From an uncultured Thermoleophilaceae bacterium (GTDB lineage Bacteria > Actinomycetota > Thermoleophilia > Solirubrobacterales > Thermoleophilaceae): a DNA stretch of 64,000 nt. Location: NCBI GenBank assembly GCA_963808775.1, contig CAWEGR010000006.1, positions 5,638 through 69,637 of the forward strand, in the 5' to 3' direction. Below the pieces are notes generated by a model. That model did not search any database and was not told the origin of the DNA. It saw nothing but the letters and a program-made list of their open reading frames with translations. A program made the position numbers and the translations under genes. Shown here piece by piece: positions 47,538 through 58,121 of the stretch (positions within the stretch are counted from its first letter, which is position 1; each line of letters begins with the position of its first letter).

Positions 47538-50416
47538 CCGGCGTCGTCGGCGCGCTGGCGCTCGATCACGCGCGCCACCTCGACGCGCGACGAGACGCCG
47601 AGCTTGTGGAAGGCATTGCGGATGTGTGACTCCACGGTCTTCTTGCTGAGGAACAACCGCGCCGCGATCTCCCCGTTCGTGAGACGGTCGGTGACGAGCT
47701 CCGCGATCTCGCGCTCGCGCCCCGTGAGCGAGGCCACGCCCGCCGCGTCCGGCGTGGCCGGTCCTCGCACCTCGTAGCGCGCCCCGAGCCGGCGCAGCTC
47801 GCGCCGCGCCTCGTCGCGCATGCGCAGGCTTCCGGAGTCGCTCAGCGCCCCATCGGCCTCACGCAGCTCGGTGATCGCGCGATCGCGTTCTCCGTTCGCC
47901 GACAGCGCCCGCCCGAGCAGCGTGCGCGAGAAGGCCGCGTGGAGCCCCGCACCGATCGCGTCCGCCGCGGCGATCGACGCCTCGGCGTGCGCCACGGCCG
48001 CCGCGGGCTCGCCGCGGGCGAGCTCGACGGCCGCTCGCGAGCGAGCGGCGAGCGCCGTGGAGAGCCGCAGGTCGGTGCCGGACGCCGCATCCTCCGCCTC
48101 CTTTGCCATCCGGTCGGCGGCCTCGAGGTCGCCGCGCGCCAACTCGACGAAGACCAGGTTCTCCCAGTTGAAGGGACGTTCGATCGGCACCCAGTTCCGC
48201 ATGCCCGGCCCGCCGAGCTCCTGCATGAGCGCGGATGCGCGCTCGACGTCGCCGAGCTCGAAGAGGCTCGTCGCGAGCGCCCAGCCGGGTCCGCCTCCCG
48301 CCGATGGCATCGTCCCGCCGACCATGCGGCCGCCCACCTGCGCGCTCTCCTCGGCTGCCGCGATCGACGCGTCGAACTCACCCTGGTAGTAGAGCGCGAA
48401 CGCGAGCTCGAACAGCGCCCAGAAGAGCAGGTGGCGGTTCTCCGACACGCGGGCGATCTCCACCGCGGTATCGCAGATCTCGCGAGCCTCGGTGAGCCGC
48501 CCCTGCATCTCGAGCGGGTAGGCGCGCAGCAGCATGAGCGGCACGAGCAGCCGCCCCTCCCCGGTCGCCCGCGCGATCGCCACGCCGCGTTCCGCGTGCG
48601 CGTGCGCATCGTCGTAGTGCTCGAGGTAGTTCTCGGCCCAGCCGAGGTAGTAGAGCGTCTCGAGGCGCGGAGCGAGCTCGTCGTCGTCGACGCGCTCGAG
48701 CGCGGCCACGGCCTCCGCGTGGTGCCTGCGGGCGTCGTCGATCAGCATCGACGCGGCCTCGCCCAGTGAGAGCGCGGCTGCGACCATCGCCACCAGGCCG
48801 CTGTCCTCGAGCGTGCGGGCGGTCTCGAGAGCGGCGGAGCCCATCTCGACGCAGCGCTCGAAGTCGTTGACGTAGAGGGCGTCGACCGCGAGCTCCACCC
48901 GGAGGGCCACCGCCTCGGCGGTGCCGCGATCCGGCAGCTCCTCCCAAGCCTGTGAGAGCCGCTTGCGCGCCTCGTCGTGCCGGCCCTGCCAGTGCTCGAC
49001 CGCGGCGCAGCGCGCCACGAGCTCGACCCGCCGCGCGACCGCGTCGGCCGGCAGACGCGCCGCGGCCTCGAGCAGAGCGGTGCGGCAGGCGTCGAGCCGG
49101 CCGAGGGAGCGCAGGGCCGAGGCGAGCTCCACCCGCACGTCGACCTCACGCTCGGCGTCGTCGTTCGGGAGCAGGCGAAGCGCGGCGTCGAACCAGCGGG
49201 CCGCGACCGCGGGCGCGCGCGCCGATGCGGACCGGCCCGCCTCGAGCAGGAGGGCCACGGCCGTCTCGTCCCCCTGGCGCGCGGACTGCTCGACGTGGAT
49301 GGCGCGCTCGCCGGCCCCGGCGCCCTGCTCGGCCAGCGCATGCGCCGCGCGCTCGTGCGCCGCAAGGCGCCAGCCGCCCGGCGTGGACTCGTAGACGCCC
49401 TCCCGCACGAGCGGATGGCGAAAGCGAAAGCGGCGCGGGACGCTCGTCGGGCGGACGACGTCTCGCTCGAGCAGATCGTCGAGAGCCCCGAGGGCCTCAT
49501 CGTCGCCCATGCCGGCGATCGTCGCCGCGAGGTCGGGCTCGAACGGCTCGCCGGCCACCGCCGCGGCGCCGGCAAAGACACGGACGTCGTCCGGGAGCAG
49601 CGCGACCTCGGCCGCCAGCGACGCGGCGACCACCGGCGGCACGCCCAGGTCGGCCACGTTCCCGTCCGCCTGCCCGCCTGATCCGGTGCGGCCGAGCTGC
49701 TCGAGGTAGAAGGGATTGCCGCCGGTGTGGCCGTACAGCTCGGCGACCGCGCCGGAACCGAGCCGGAGCAGAGCTCCGGCCTCGGCCTCGCTCAGGGGCT
49801 GGGGCTCGAGGCGGGTGACGGACGCGCCGGCGAGGGCCGTGGAGAGCCGGCGCGCCTCGCCGCCGGGACGCATGCCGAGGGCGACAAGGACGGGGGCGTG
49901 CGGACCGCGGATCACGAGGGAGGGCACGAGTTCGAGCGACGCGGCATCAGCCCACTGGAGATCGTCGAGCACAAGCACGAGCGGCTTCGTCTCGGCCAGC
50001 AGCGCGAGCAGCGTGGTCATGGCGCGATGTGCCCTGTAGCGCTCGTCGGGGAGCACTCCGACCCCTGCGCGCTCACCCGCGAGCGACGGGAGAATCCTGC
50101 CGAGCTCGCGCTCGAGGTCGGCGCTCCAGCCGTCGCGCGAACGCAGGTCCTGGGAGGCGACATAGGCGTCGAGAGCGTCGACGAAGACGCTGAACGGGAT
50201 GTCCCGCTCGAACTCGGACGCGACGCCGGAGAGCACGATGTGCCCCCGCTCCTCCGCGCGTTCGCGCAGCTCGGCGAGCAGGCGCGTCTTACCGATTCCC
50301 GGCTCTCCCACGATGCTCACGCATCCGGGCGCGCCGCCATCGGCCGCCTCGAGGAGCCCCTCGAGCTCGGCGACCTCGGTCTCCCGTCCGACCAGCGGCC
50401 GCGCGGCAGCGCTCAT
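47534..50416 (-). CDS. Large LuxR-family regulator (AAA ATPase, TPR-like, HTH); intact single frame
   Basis: VGRETEVAELEGLL...VSIVGEPGIGKTRLL (Walker A), LVLVLDDLQWAD, C-terminus LTGREREIAELVTDRLTNGEIAARLFLSKKTVESHIRNAFHKL. Start at 50416 or 50434. Confidence 0.85.
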   Translation of the reverse strand: MSAAARPLVGRETEVAELEGLLEAADGGAPGCVSIVGEPGIGKTRLLAELRERAEERGHIVLSGVASEFERDIPFSVFVDALDAYVASQDLRSRDGWSADLERELGRILPSLAGERAGVGVLPDERYRAHRAMTTLLALLAETKPLVLVLDDLQWADAASLELVPSLVIRGPHAPVLVALGMRPGGEARRLSTALAGASVTRLEPQPLSEAEAGALLRLGSGAVAELYGHTGGNPFYLEQLGRTGSGGQADGNVADLGVPPVVAASLAAEVALLPDDVRVFAGAAAVAGEPFEPDLAATIAGMGDDEALGALDDLLERDVVRPTSVPRRFRFRHPLVREGVYESTPGGWRLAAHERAAHALAEQGAGAGERAIHVEQSARQGDETAVALLLEAGRSASARAPAVAARWFDAALRLLPNDDAEREVDVRVELASALRSLGRLDACRTALLEAAARLPADAVARRVELVARCAAVEHWQGRHDEARKRLSQAWEELPDRGTAEAVALRVELAVDALYVNDFERCVEMGSAALETARTLEDSGLVAMVAAALSLGEAASMLIDDARRHHAEAVAALERVDDDELAPRLETLYYLGWAENYLEHYDDAHAHAERGVAIARATGEGRLLVPLMLLRAYPLEMQGRLTEAREICDTAVEIARVSENRHLLFWALFELAFALYYQGEFDASIAAAEESAQVGGRMVGGTMPSAGGGPGWALATSLFELGDVERASALMQELGGPGMRNWVPIERPFNWENLVFVELARGDLEAADRMAKEAEDAASGTDLRLSTALAARSRAAVELARGEPAAAVAHAEASIAAADAIGAGLHAAFSRTLLGRALSANGERDRAITELREADGALSDSGSLRMRDEARRELRRLGARYEVRGPATPDAAGVASLTGREREIAELVTDRLTNGEIAARLFLSKKTVESHIRNAFHKLGVSSRVEVARVIERQRADDAG

Positions 50417-50506
50417 CCCCACGTTGGCGAGCATAGCCCTGAACCGGGGTACGCACGCGAGCTCCACCACCCTGAGCGGGACCCGAGACCCTGGGCCAGG
50501 CCGCGC

Positions 50507-50938
50507 TCAGGCCGGGCCCGGGGAGTCCTCGACCTCGCGGTGGCGCTCGATCGTGCGCGCCACGTCGACTCGGGAGGAAGAGACGCGCCGCCAGAGGATC
50601 AGCGCGGCGAGCGCCAGCACGAACATGGCGAAGAGCGGATGCAGCCCGCCCACCCAGCGCTCCGCCTCGGCGAGGTTGAGCTGCGCCGTGCCGAGCACCG
50701 CCATCGCGAGCGCCAGCAGGATGTCGGTCCGCGGCAGCCAGGCGATCAGGGCCACCACGAACAGCAGGACCTCGAACCCATGCACGGCGAAGCCGACGGA
50801 CTTGTGGGCGTCGAGAGCGTCGGCGCCCGCCCCGAAGATGTAGGCGCCGATCAGATAGACCTGCACGAATACCCCGACGATGATCAGCGCGGCCAGGGCG
50901 AGGTGCACCCAGGCCGCTCCGCTGCGAATGGCGCGCAT
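50507..50938 (-). CDS. Small integral membrane protein (about 4 TM), function unknown
   Basis: MRAIRSGAAWVHLALAALIIVGVFVQVYLIGAYIFG...VHGFEVLLFVVALIAWL...LLALAMAVLGTAQL...LFAMFVLALAALILW. The rest of the 456-aa track ORF is a shadow of the cyclase gene. Confidence 0.6.
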   Translation of the reverse strand: MRAIRSGAAWVHLALAALIIVGVFVQVYLIGAYIFGAGADALDAHKSVGFAVHGFEVLLFVVALIAWLPRTDILLALAMAVLGTAQLNLAEAERWVGGLHPLFAMFVLALAALILWRRVSSSRVDVARTIERHREVEDSPGPA

Positions 50939-50980
50939 GACCGCGATGCTATGCCCGGGCCCGGTTGCGATCATGGTGGC

Positions 50981-51799
50981 GTGCCTCCCCTCCGCGCCAA
51001 GGAACGCGCGCAGCTTCCCGACAGCGCCTTCGCCTACGTCGACTCGAAGGGCAAGCGCCGGCTGCCGATCCACGACGCCTCCCACGTCCGCAACGCGCTC
51101 GCGCGCTTCGGCCAGGTCGCGTTCGAGGACGAGGCGGCGCGCGACCGGGCGCGAACGAAGCTGCTCCGGGCGGCGCAGCGGCACGGGATCATGCCGCTCG
51201 GCTTCATCAGCTCCCAGCTCGACCCGCAGCGCCGCCTCCCACGCGGCCAGGTCACCTTTCTGCTCACCGACATCGAGGGCTCGACCGAGCTGCTGGCCCG
51301 GCTCGAGAGCGGCTACGCGGCCGTCCTCAAGGAGGTGCGCCGCCGTGTGCGCGGCGCGATCCAGGGGGCGGGTGGCCATGTGGTCTCGGCCCGCGGCGAC
51401 GACACGGTGGCGGCCTTCGCGGAGGCGCCCGGCGCCGTGCGCGCGGCGCTCGCGACGCAGCGCGCGATGCGCGAGGAGATCGCCGGCGAGCGGGTCCGGC
51501 TCCGCATCGGCCTCCACCACGGGCGGCCCGCGCTGACGGACGACGGATACGTCGGCCTCTCGGTGCACGCCGCGGCGCGCCTCTGCTTCGCCGCGCACGG
51601 CGACCAGACGATCCTGTCCGCGGCGGTCGAGCGCGCGCTGCACGGAGATCTCGACCCCGGCGTGACGCTCGAGCGGCTCGGAGCGTGGCGCTTCCGCGGG
51701 CTGCCGGAGCCGATCGAGGTGCTCCAGGCGGGCGCCGCCGGCCTGGCGGGAGACTTCCCCGCCCTGCGCGGCGCCGAGCCTGTAGCGTCGCCGGCATGA
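50981..51799 (+). CDS. Class III adenylate/guanylate cyclase with a small N-terminal LPDSAFAY...HVRNALARF domain
   Basis: GTG at 50981. N-terminus LPDSAFAYVDSKGKRRLPIHDASHVRNALARFGQV. Cyclase core VTFLLTDIEGSTELL...GDDTVAAF...LRIGLHHG...GLSVHAAARL. Confidence 0.8.
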   Translation: MPPLRAKERAQLPDSAFAYVDSKGKRRLPIHDASHVRNALARFGQVAFEDEAARDRARTKLLRAAQRHGIMPLGFISSQLDPQRRLPRGQVTFLLTDIEGSTELLARLESGYAAVLKEVRRRVRGAIQGAGGHVVSARGDDTVAAFAEAPGAVRAALATQRAMREEIAGERVRLRIGLHHGRPALTDDGYVGLSVHAAARLCFAAHGDQTILSAAVERALHGDLDPGVTLERLGAWRFRGLPEPIEVLQAGAAGLAGDFPALRGAEPVASPA

Positions 51800-52414
51800 G
51801 CCTCTACACGGAACGTGTTCTACCGAGGATCGTCGACAGGCTCTGCGCGCTTGACCCGGCCCCCGAGCTGCGCGCACGTGTCTGCGAGGGCCTCGCGGGC
51901 GATGTCGTCGAGATCGGCTTCGGCTCCGGCCTCAACCTCCCGTTCTATCCGACGGAGATCTCGAAGGTCTCGGCGGTGGAGCCCGCGGAGCTCGGCTGGA
52001 AGCTCGCCGCGGCGCGCCTCGGAGCGACCTCGATCCCGGTCGAGCGCGCGGGCCTCGACGGCCAGTCGCTGCCCTTCGCCGACGACAGCTTCGACGCCGC
52101 GATCTCGACCTGGACCATGTGCACGATCCCGGACATCGACGCCGCCCTGCGCGAGCTGCGCCGCGTGCTGAAGCCGGGCGGCGAGCTCCACTTCGTCGAG
52201 CACGGGCTGGCGCCCGACGAGAAGGTCCAGCGCTGGCAGCATCGCCTCAATCCGCTCCAGAAGCGCCTGTTCGGCGGCTGTCACCTGACACAGGCAGGTT
52301 CCGGACCTTCTGCGCTCGGCCGGCTTCGAGATCCGGGAGCTCGACCAGTTCTACGAGGAGGGCACGCCGAAGCTCCTCGGCGCCCAGTCGCTCGGCGTCG
52401 CCGTCTCGCCCTAG
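51796..52414 (+). CDS. Class I SAM-dependent methyltransferase, one frame break near 52300
   Basis: ATGA overlap with the cyclase stop. VVEIGFGSGLN (motif I) and LKPGGELHFVEH. The tail VPDLLRSAGFEIRELDQFYEEGTPKLLG is only read after a shift. Confidence 0.8.
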
Positions 52415-53851
52415 CCCGCCCCGCGGGCGACCTCGATCAGATCGGCCATCGTGAAGTCGCCGTCCTTGCCGAGCGTCGGGCGCCACGCGGGCTTGCGCGC
52501 GAGGTACGAGGTCGGATCCGATTCGAGCAGGCCCACGAGCACCTCGGCCACGATCCGGCCGCCGATGTCACCGAGTCGCGTGCCGGGACGGACGGGCCGG
52601 TCCGGCAGCTCGTCATCCGTCACGCGAACCGTCTCGGCGAGGAGGTAGTACCAGAGCGGCGTGTCGCGCAGGAGGCTCCGGCGGGCGCTCTCCGGAAGGT
52701 CGTCGAGCTGAAGCTCGTCCGCCTCGAGCTCCGCCACCTCCATCCGCTTGGCGAGCGCCTGCCCCGAGGGCAGGCGCAGCTTTCTCCCGCGCTCCAGGTT
52801 GAGCTGCGCCAGCACGCCGCGCTCGTCGGGAAGCGCGAACAGCGGCGGACTCAGCGAGGTGTCGATGTTGAGGCTGTGCTGGATCTGGCACGACCCGCCC
52901 GTGTCGAGCCTGAAGAAGCGCTCCCAGTCGACGACGACCTCGGCCTCGAGCGGGCGCTCGCCGCGCAGATCGGTGAACAGATCGAGAGGCTCGCGCACGG
53001 CGCGCTCACCCGGCTTCGGGCACCGGACCCTGTAGTCGCGCCGCACCATGCTGTGCCCGAAGCGGAAGGCCGCGACCGAGAACTCGACGGGCATGTACGC
53101 GTCATCGGGCCGCTTGAACCAGCGGATGTTCACCTCCGGCTCGCCCCCGGCCGCCGCCGCGGGCGTCGAGCACGCGGTGGGCCATCCTCCTCCCCGCCAC
53201 CGTCTCGAGGAAGTCGTGCACCACGAGCCACTGGTAGTGCCAGCGCACGATCCGGCGTGCCTTCGAGAGCACCTCCTCCTCGTCGCAGCCGTCGGCGAGC
53301 AGCCGGTCCACCACGGCGTTGTGGAAGCGCAGGAACAGCAGGTGCACCTGCGCCACCAGCGCGTTCTCGTCGTTGCGAGCGTCCGCGACGAGCGCCCGGC
53401 CCTGGGAGTTGCGCGGGAGATCCTCGTGTCCGTCCGCGTGCCGGTCGATCAGCAGGAAGGCGCCGCGCGGCTTGCGCTCCCTGTCGTAGAGAAACGGATG
53501 GACCCTGGGTCCCGATCCGTACACGGAGTCGAGGTCGAGACGCGGTGTGCGGAAGTTCCGGACGGCGCGGGGATCGATCTCGCGGCCGGTGCTCGACGTG
53601 GGATCGAACGTGATGTCGTGATCGATGAACTGGCCGAGGTAGGTGTACCCGGCCGAGATGCGCATGTTCGAATCCGACTGCCCCGCGCGTGCCCGCATCG
53701 CCGCGACGAGCGCTTCGATGGCCGCGGGCCCGGCGGTCTCCTCGGCCGGCCGGAACATGCGCCCGAAGCGGCCGGCGAGCTCCTCCTCACCCTCGACGTC
53801 GAGCCCGCGCGGGACGCCGGCGCCGTGCCCCGGTGATCGAGGATCCGGCAC
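52411..53851 (-). CDS. Haem peroxidase of the animal-peroxidase/cyclooxygenase superfamily, one frame break near 53150
   Basis: YTYLGQFIDHDITFD (distal His), ADARNDEN, LFLRFHN, then in the other frame VEFSVAAFRFGHSMV (proximal His). The GTG at 53851 shares 1 nt with the upstream stop. Confidence 0.8.
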
Positions 53852-54147
53852 TAGCGGATCATCACGGGCTCGGTCCAGATCGCCGTCATGAAGGGCTCGG
53901 TCCGAATCTCGATTCCGACGGCCACGGCCGCGCCGCGCTTGAAGCCCTTCGCGGGCAGCGGCAGCTCCCAGATGTTCGAGACCTCGAGGATCGTGCCGTC
54001 CACGAAGTCGGGACGATCGTCCGCGGCCTCGCCCTCCTGGGCGAGGTAGATCCGGATCTCCAGGGGCGGATCGTCCGGATCCGATACGCCGTGGACGTTC
54101 AGAACATCGCCGTCAAGGTCGACCTTCGTGAAGTTCGGCCTGAACAT
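53851..54147 (-). CDS. Hypothetical 98-aa protein, no family recognised
   Basis: Strong RBS AAGGAGGTGG before the ATG at 54147. MFRPNFTKVDLDGDVLNVHGVSDPDDPPLEIRIYLAQEGE... It shares 1 nt with the stop of the regulator gene upstream (TGATG) and 1 nt with the start of the peroxidase gene downstream (TAGTG). Confidence 0.6.
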   Translation of the reverse strand: MFRPNFTKVDLDGDVLNVHGVSDPDDPPLEIRIYLAQEGEAADDRPDFVDGTILEVSNIWELPLPAKGFKRGAAVAVGIEIRTEPFMTAIWTEPVMIR

Positions 54148-57100
54148 CACCCACCTCCTTGTCCGTCGAGCAGCGCCCGCGCGCGGGCCGCGGCTGCGAC
54201 GTTGCCCTTGGTCTCGTACAGCGCCAGGCCCTCGCGGGCCGAGCGCTCGCCTTCCTCCGGCCGACCGGCCAGCCAGAGCACGTCGGCGAGGTCGAGCATC
54301 GCATCGCCGCGATGCGACAGCAAGTCGGTCGGCGTCGCGAGCGCGACCGCCTCGCGCGCCAGCTTCTCCGCCTCGTCCGCGCGACCGGCGCGCGCGGCGG
54401 TCCGGGCGGCCACGCCGCGCCAGATCACCTCCGTGATCGTGTCGTCCTGCGCGACGCCGCGAGCGGCCTCCTGGGCCAGCTCGCCGGCCTCGAGCGCCCG
54501 TCCCTGCGCGAGCACCGCCTGTGCGAGCAGCGCGGTCGTGGTCGCGAGCGTGCCGGGGACGTTCATCGACGCGAGCGTCTCGAGGTCCGCTCGCAGGGTG
54601 GCCTCGGCGAGCTCCGGACGGCCCCCGAGCAGCCGCACCGACGCCTCGAGGTGGGAGATGCCGGCGCCGAGGCCGCCCACCTCGGCGAGGATCCCGCTCG
54701 CCTCGGCGAGCAGAGCGTCGGCCGCCTCCAGGTCGCCGGCCATGGCATTCAGGAGCGCGAGCGGGTTGAGCGTCGACGCCGTGGCGATCGGACTGCCCTC
54801 GACCTGGCTGCGGAAGTCCTCGCAGCGCCGGATCGCCTCGGGCACCGGCGCCGGCCCGAGGGCCGCCGCGACCGCGCGCCACCCGAGCACCTCGAACAGC
54901 TCGCGCTCGTCACCCGCGCGGCTCGCGCACGCCGACGCCTGGGCCCACGCGACCTCAGCGTCGCCCGCCTGGCCCTCCCACCAGTCGACCTCGCCGCGCA
55001 GGAGCAGGGCGCGGCACTGGCCGCGGTGATCGCCGGCGTCCTCGAGCACGCGCAGCGCATCGTCGGCGACCCGCCCCGCGCCCGAGGCGGCGGCGGCGGG
55101 CTCGGTCTCGAAGCGCACGAGCTCGCGCTCGACCTGCGCGCAGGCGCGCGAGCCGGGGTCGGGGGCGCGCTCGATCGCCGCGTCGAGCACCCGAGCCGCA
55201 TCGGTGGGGCGACCCGCCTCGAACAGCGCCGCGCCGAGCACCGGGCGCAGCGCGGACCGCCCGGCGTGGTCGCGGTCGAGCAGGCCGTCGGCGCGCGCGA
55301 GCAGCCGTGCTCCAGCCGCGGTGTCGCCTCGCAGCCGGGCGGCGGCAGCGGCCGAACCGAGGCGCTCTGCGGCGGCCTGTGCCAGGCCGAGCTCATGGTC
55401 GCCCACGGGACCGAGCTCGGAGCGCAGGTCGTAGCTCTCGGCGAGGTGGAACCCGATCGTCTCGTCACGGGCACCCGGCGCAGTCTCGAGCCAGCGCGCG
55501 AGGCGCTCGTGCAGCTCGGCGCGGCGCACCTTGGGAAGGCCGCCATAGGCCACCTCGCGGATCAGGGCGTGCGCGAAGCGGAACGCGTTGCGGCCCTGGG
55601 CCTCCGAGCGGTCGGGACGGATCAGCTGCTTGCCCACGAGTGCCACGAGCCGGCTCGAGAACCCCTCGCGCTCATCCTCCGGGAGCAGCTCCGCAACCGC
55701 GTCGACCCAGAAGCTGCGCCCCTGCACCGCGGCGTGCTCGAGCGCGCGCCGCTCCCGGTCGTCCAGGCGGTCGATGCGGGCCGCGAGCACGGCCTGGATC
55801 GTCGACGGCAGCGTGCTGCCGCCCGCCTCCACCCCCATCGCCATCAGCTGCTCGAGGAACAGCGGGTTGCCCTCCGCGAGCCCGACGATGCGCGCCTCGG
55901 CATCGGGGTCGAGCCCGGCCGGCTCGACGAGCCGGCGCGCCTGATCGCTCGACAGGGCGTCGAGCACGAGCACGTCGCGATCCGGCTGGGGAACCATCCA
56001 GGCGGGTCGTGACTCGCCGAGCTCGGGGCGCGCCAGGCACAGCAACAGGATCGGAGACCCGGTCGAGAACGCGAGGAGGTAGTCGAGGAGGTCGAGCAGG
56101 GCGGGCTCCGCCCAGTGGACGTCGTCGACCATCACGACGAGCGGCAGCTCTCCCGCGGCACGCTCGAGCAGCGTGCGCAGCGCCCACGAGGTCTCCTCCG
56201 GCTTGGCCGCGCCCTCGGCGAGGCCGATCGCCTGCAGCACGAGGCGCGCCCGCGCCGTGTCGCCGTCGAGCAGCTCCTCGACGCGGCGGCGCGGATCGGC
56301 GCCGCAGAGCTGGTGGACCATCTCGGCGAACGGCCGGTAGGCGATGTCGTCTCCGTAGGAGAGACAGCGGCCGACCGCCACCACGGCCTCGCCCTCCAGC
56401 GTGGTCTCGAGCTCGCGGGCGAGCCGCGACTTGCCGATTCCGGCAGGGCCGATCAGCGTGATCGCCCGGCAACCGCCGTCGGCGCGCACGTCCTCGAACG
56501 CCGCTCGCAGCTCCGCGAGCTCGCGCTCGCGCCCGACGAGCGGAGTCGGGTCCCGCGTCCACGCGCCCCTCGCCCAGCTCGACGAGGCGCCAGGCCTGGA
56601 CCTTCGCGCGGCGGCCCTTGAGGGCGAGCGGCTCGAGCGGCTCCGCCTGGACGTGGGCCGCCACCAGCTCGTGCACCTTCTCGCCGAGCAGGATCTGGCC
56701 CTCCGCGGCCAGGCCCTCGAGTCGCGCGGCCACGTTGAAGGCGTCGCCCGCGGCGAACGGCGAGCGCCGCGCGCCACGGCTGACGAACACCTCACCCGAT
56801 TCGACCCCGAGCTTCATGCCGATCGCGACCCCGAGCTCGAGCTCGAGCTCGGCGCTCAGCTCAGCCCCCGCGTCGCGCAGGTCGACCGCCGCGCGCACCG
56901 CGCGCAGCGCGTCGTCCTCGTGGATCTCCTCCTGCCCGAACACGCCGACGACCGCGTCCCCGATGAAGCCCTCGACCCTGCCGCCGTGGCGCTCGACGAC
57001 CGCCTCGCAGCGCGCCGTGTAGCGGTCGAGGAGCATGTGCATCGCCTCCGGGTCGAGCCGCTCGGCGAGACCGGTCGAGCCCACGAGGTCGGCGAAGACG

Positions 57101-57954
57101 ATGCTGACGAGCTTGCGGGCTGGCTGCTCCCGCGGCGTTTCCTGCACCACCGGCTCCACGGGCGCCTCGCGCGGAGACTCGTCCGGCACGGTCACGGGCA
57201 GCGCGAGGGCGGGATCCTGGGCGAGGATCGCGCGCTCGAGCTCGCGCAGCCGCTCGCCGGGCTCGATGCCGAGCTCCTCCACGAGCGTCGCTCGCGCGTT
57301 CTGGTAGGCCTGCAGCGCGTCCGCCTGGCGCTCGCCGCGGTAGAGGGCGAGCATCAGCTGGGCGCGCAGGCTCTCGCGAAAGGGGTGCTCGGCGATCAGC
57401 GCCTCGAGCTCTCCCACGACCTCGAGATGGCGGCCGAGCTCGAGCTTTGCCTCGACCAGCCGCTCGACCGCCGTCACGCGCAGGTCCTCGAGGCGATCGA
57501 CCTCGGCCCGGGCGAAGGGCTCGTATGCGAGCCCGGCAAGCGGCTCGCCGCGCCAGAGTGCGAGCGCCTCTTCGAGCGTCTCGGCCGCGGCGGCGGGATC
57601 GCCCGCGGCGAGCTCCGCACTCCCCTCACCGAGCAGCCGCTCGAAGCGGCGAGCGTCGATTCGCTCCGGGTCGACCCGCAGCTCGTAGCCGTGCTCGCGC
57701 GTCACGAGCAGCTCCGAGTGCCCGCCCTCGCCCGCGAGCGTCCGGCGCAGGCGATGGACGTACACCTGGACCGTTTTCGGTGCGGTCGCGGGCGGGCTCT
57801 CGCCCCAGAGCTCGTCGATCAGGCGGTCGGTGCTGAGCGTCTCGTTCGCGTTCACGAGCAGCAGAGTGAGCAGGGCGCGCTGCTTGCTGCCGCCGAGCGC
57901 AACCTCACGCCCCTCGTCCGAGGCTTCAAGAGGACCGAGGATGCGGAAGTCCAT
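54147..57954 (-). CDS. About 1270-aa multidomain regulator: SARP-type winged helix plus BTAD, class III cyclase, AAA/STAND ATPase, TPR-like C-terminus (one frame break near 56565)
   Basis: MDFRILGPLEASDEGREVALGGSKQRALLTLLLV...VQVYVHRLRRTL (wHTH), ALALWRGEPLAGL (BTAD), VSIVFADLVGSTGL...GDAVVGVFG (cyclase), LVGRERELAELRAAF...ITLIGPAGIGKSRLA...VVMVDDVHWAE (ATPase). Confidence 0.8.
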
Positions 57955-58121
57955 TGCGGGGGGCGAGCCGAACGAAGGGCGCTTCCACGGTACCGCAGCG
58001 GGCTGTAACCGAGTCGTCGCCGCGCTGAAACCGGCCGGGCGCACCATCAGCTCCGATGTTCCTCTCTCACTCAATCGGGCTGGCGGCAAGGGCTGCCGGC
58101 CATTCACAGGAGGCAGTCGTG

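Noticed and set aside
25231-50416. The large AAA/STAND-TPR proteins as Avs- or other NLR-like defence ATPases.
   Set aside because: Each carries a canonical C-terminal LuxR HTH, or an N-terminal SARP wHTH in the third case, and no nuclease, protease, TIR or similar effector domain. The architecture is that of the common actinobacterial LAL/SARP transcription regulators.
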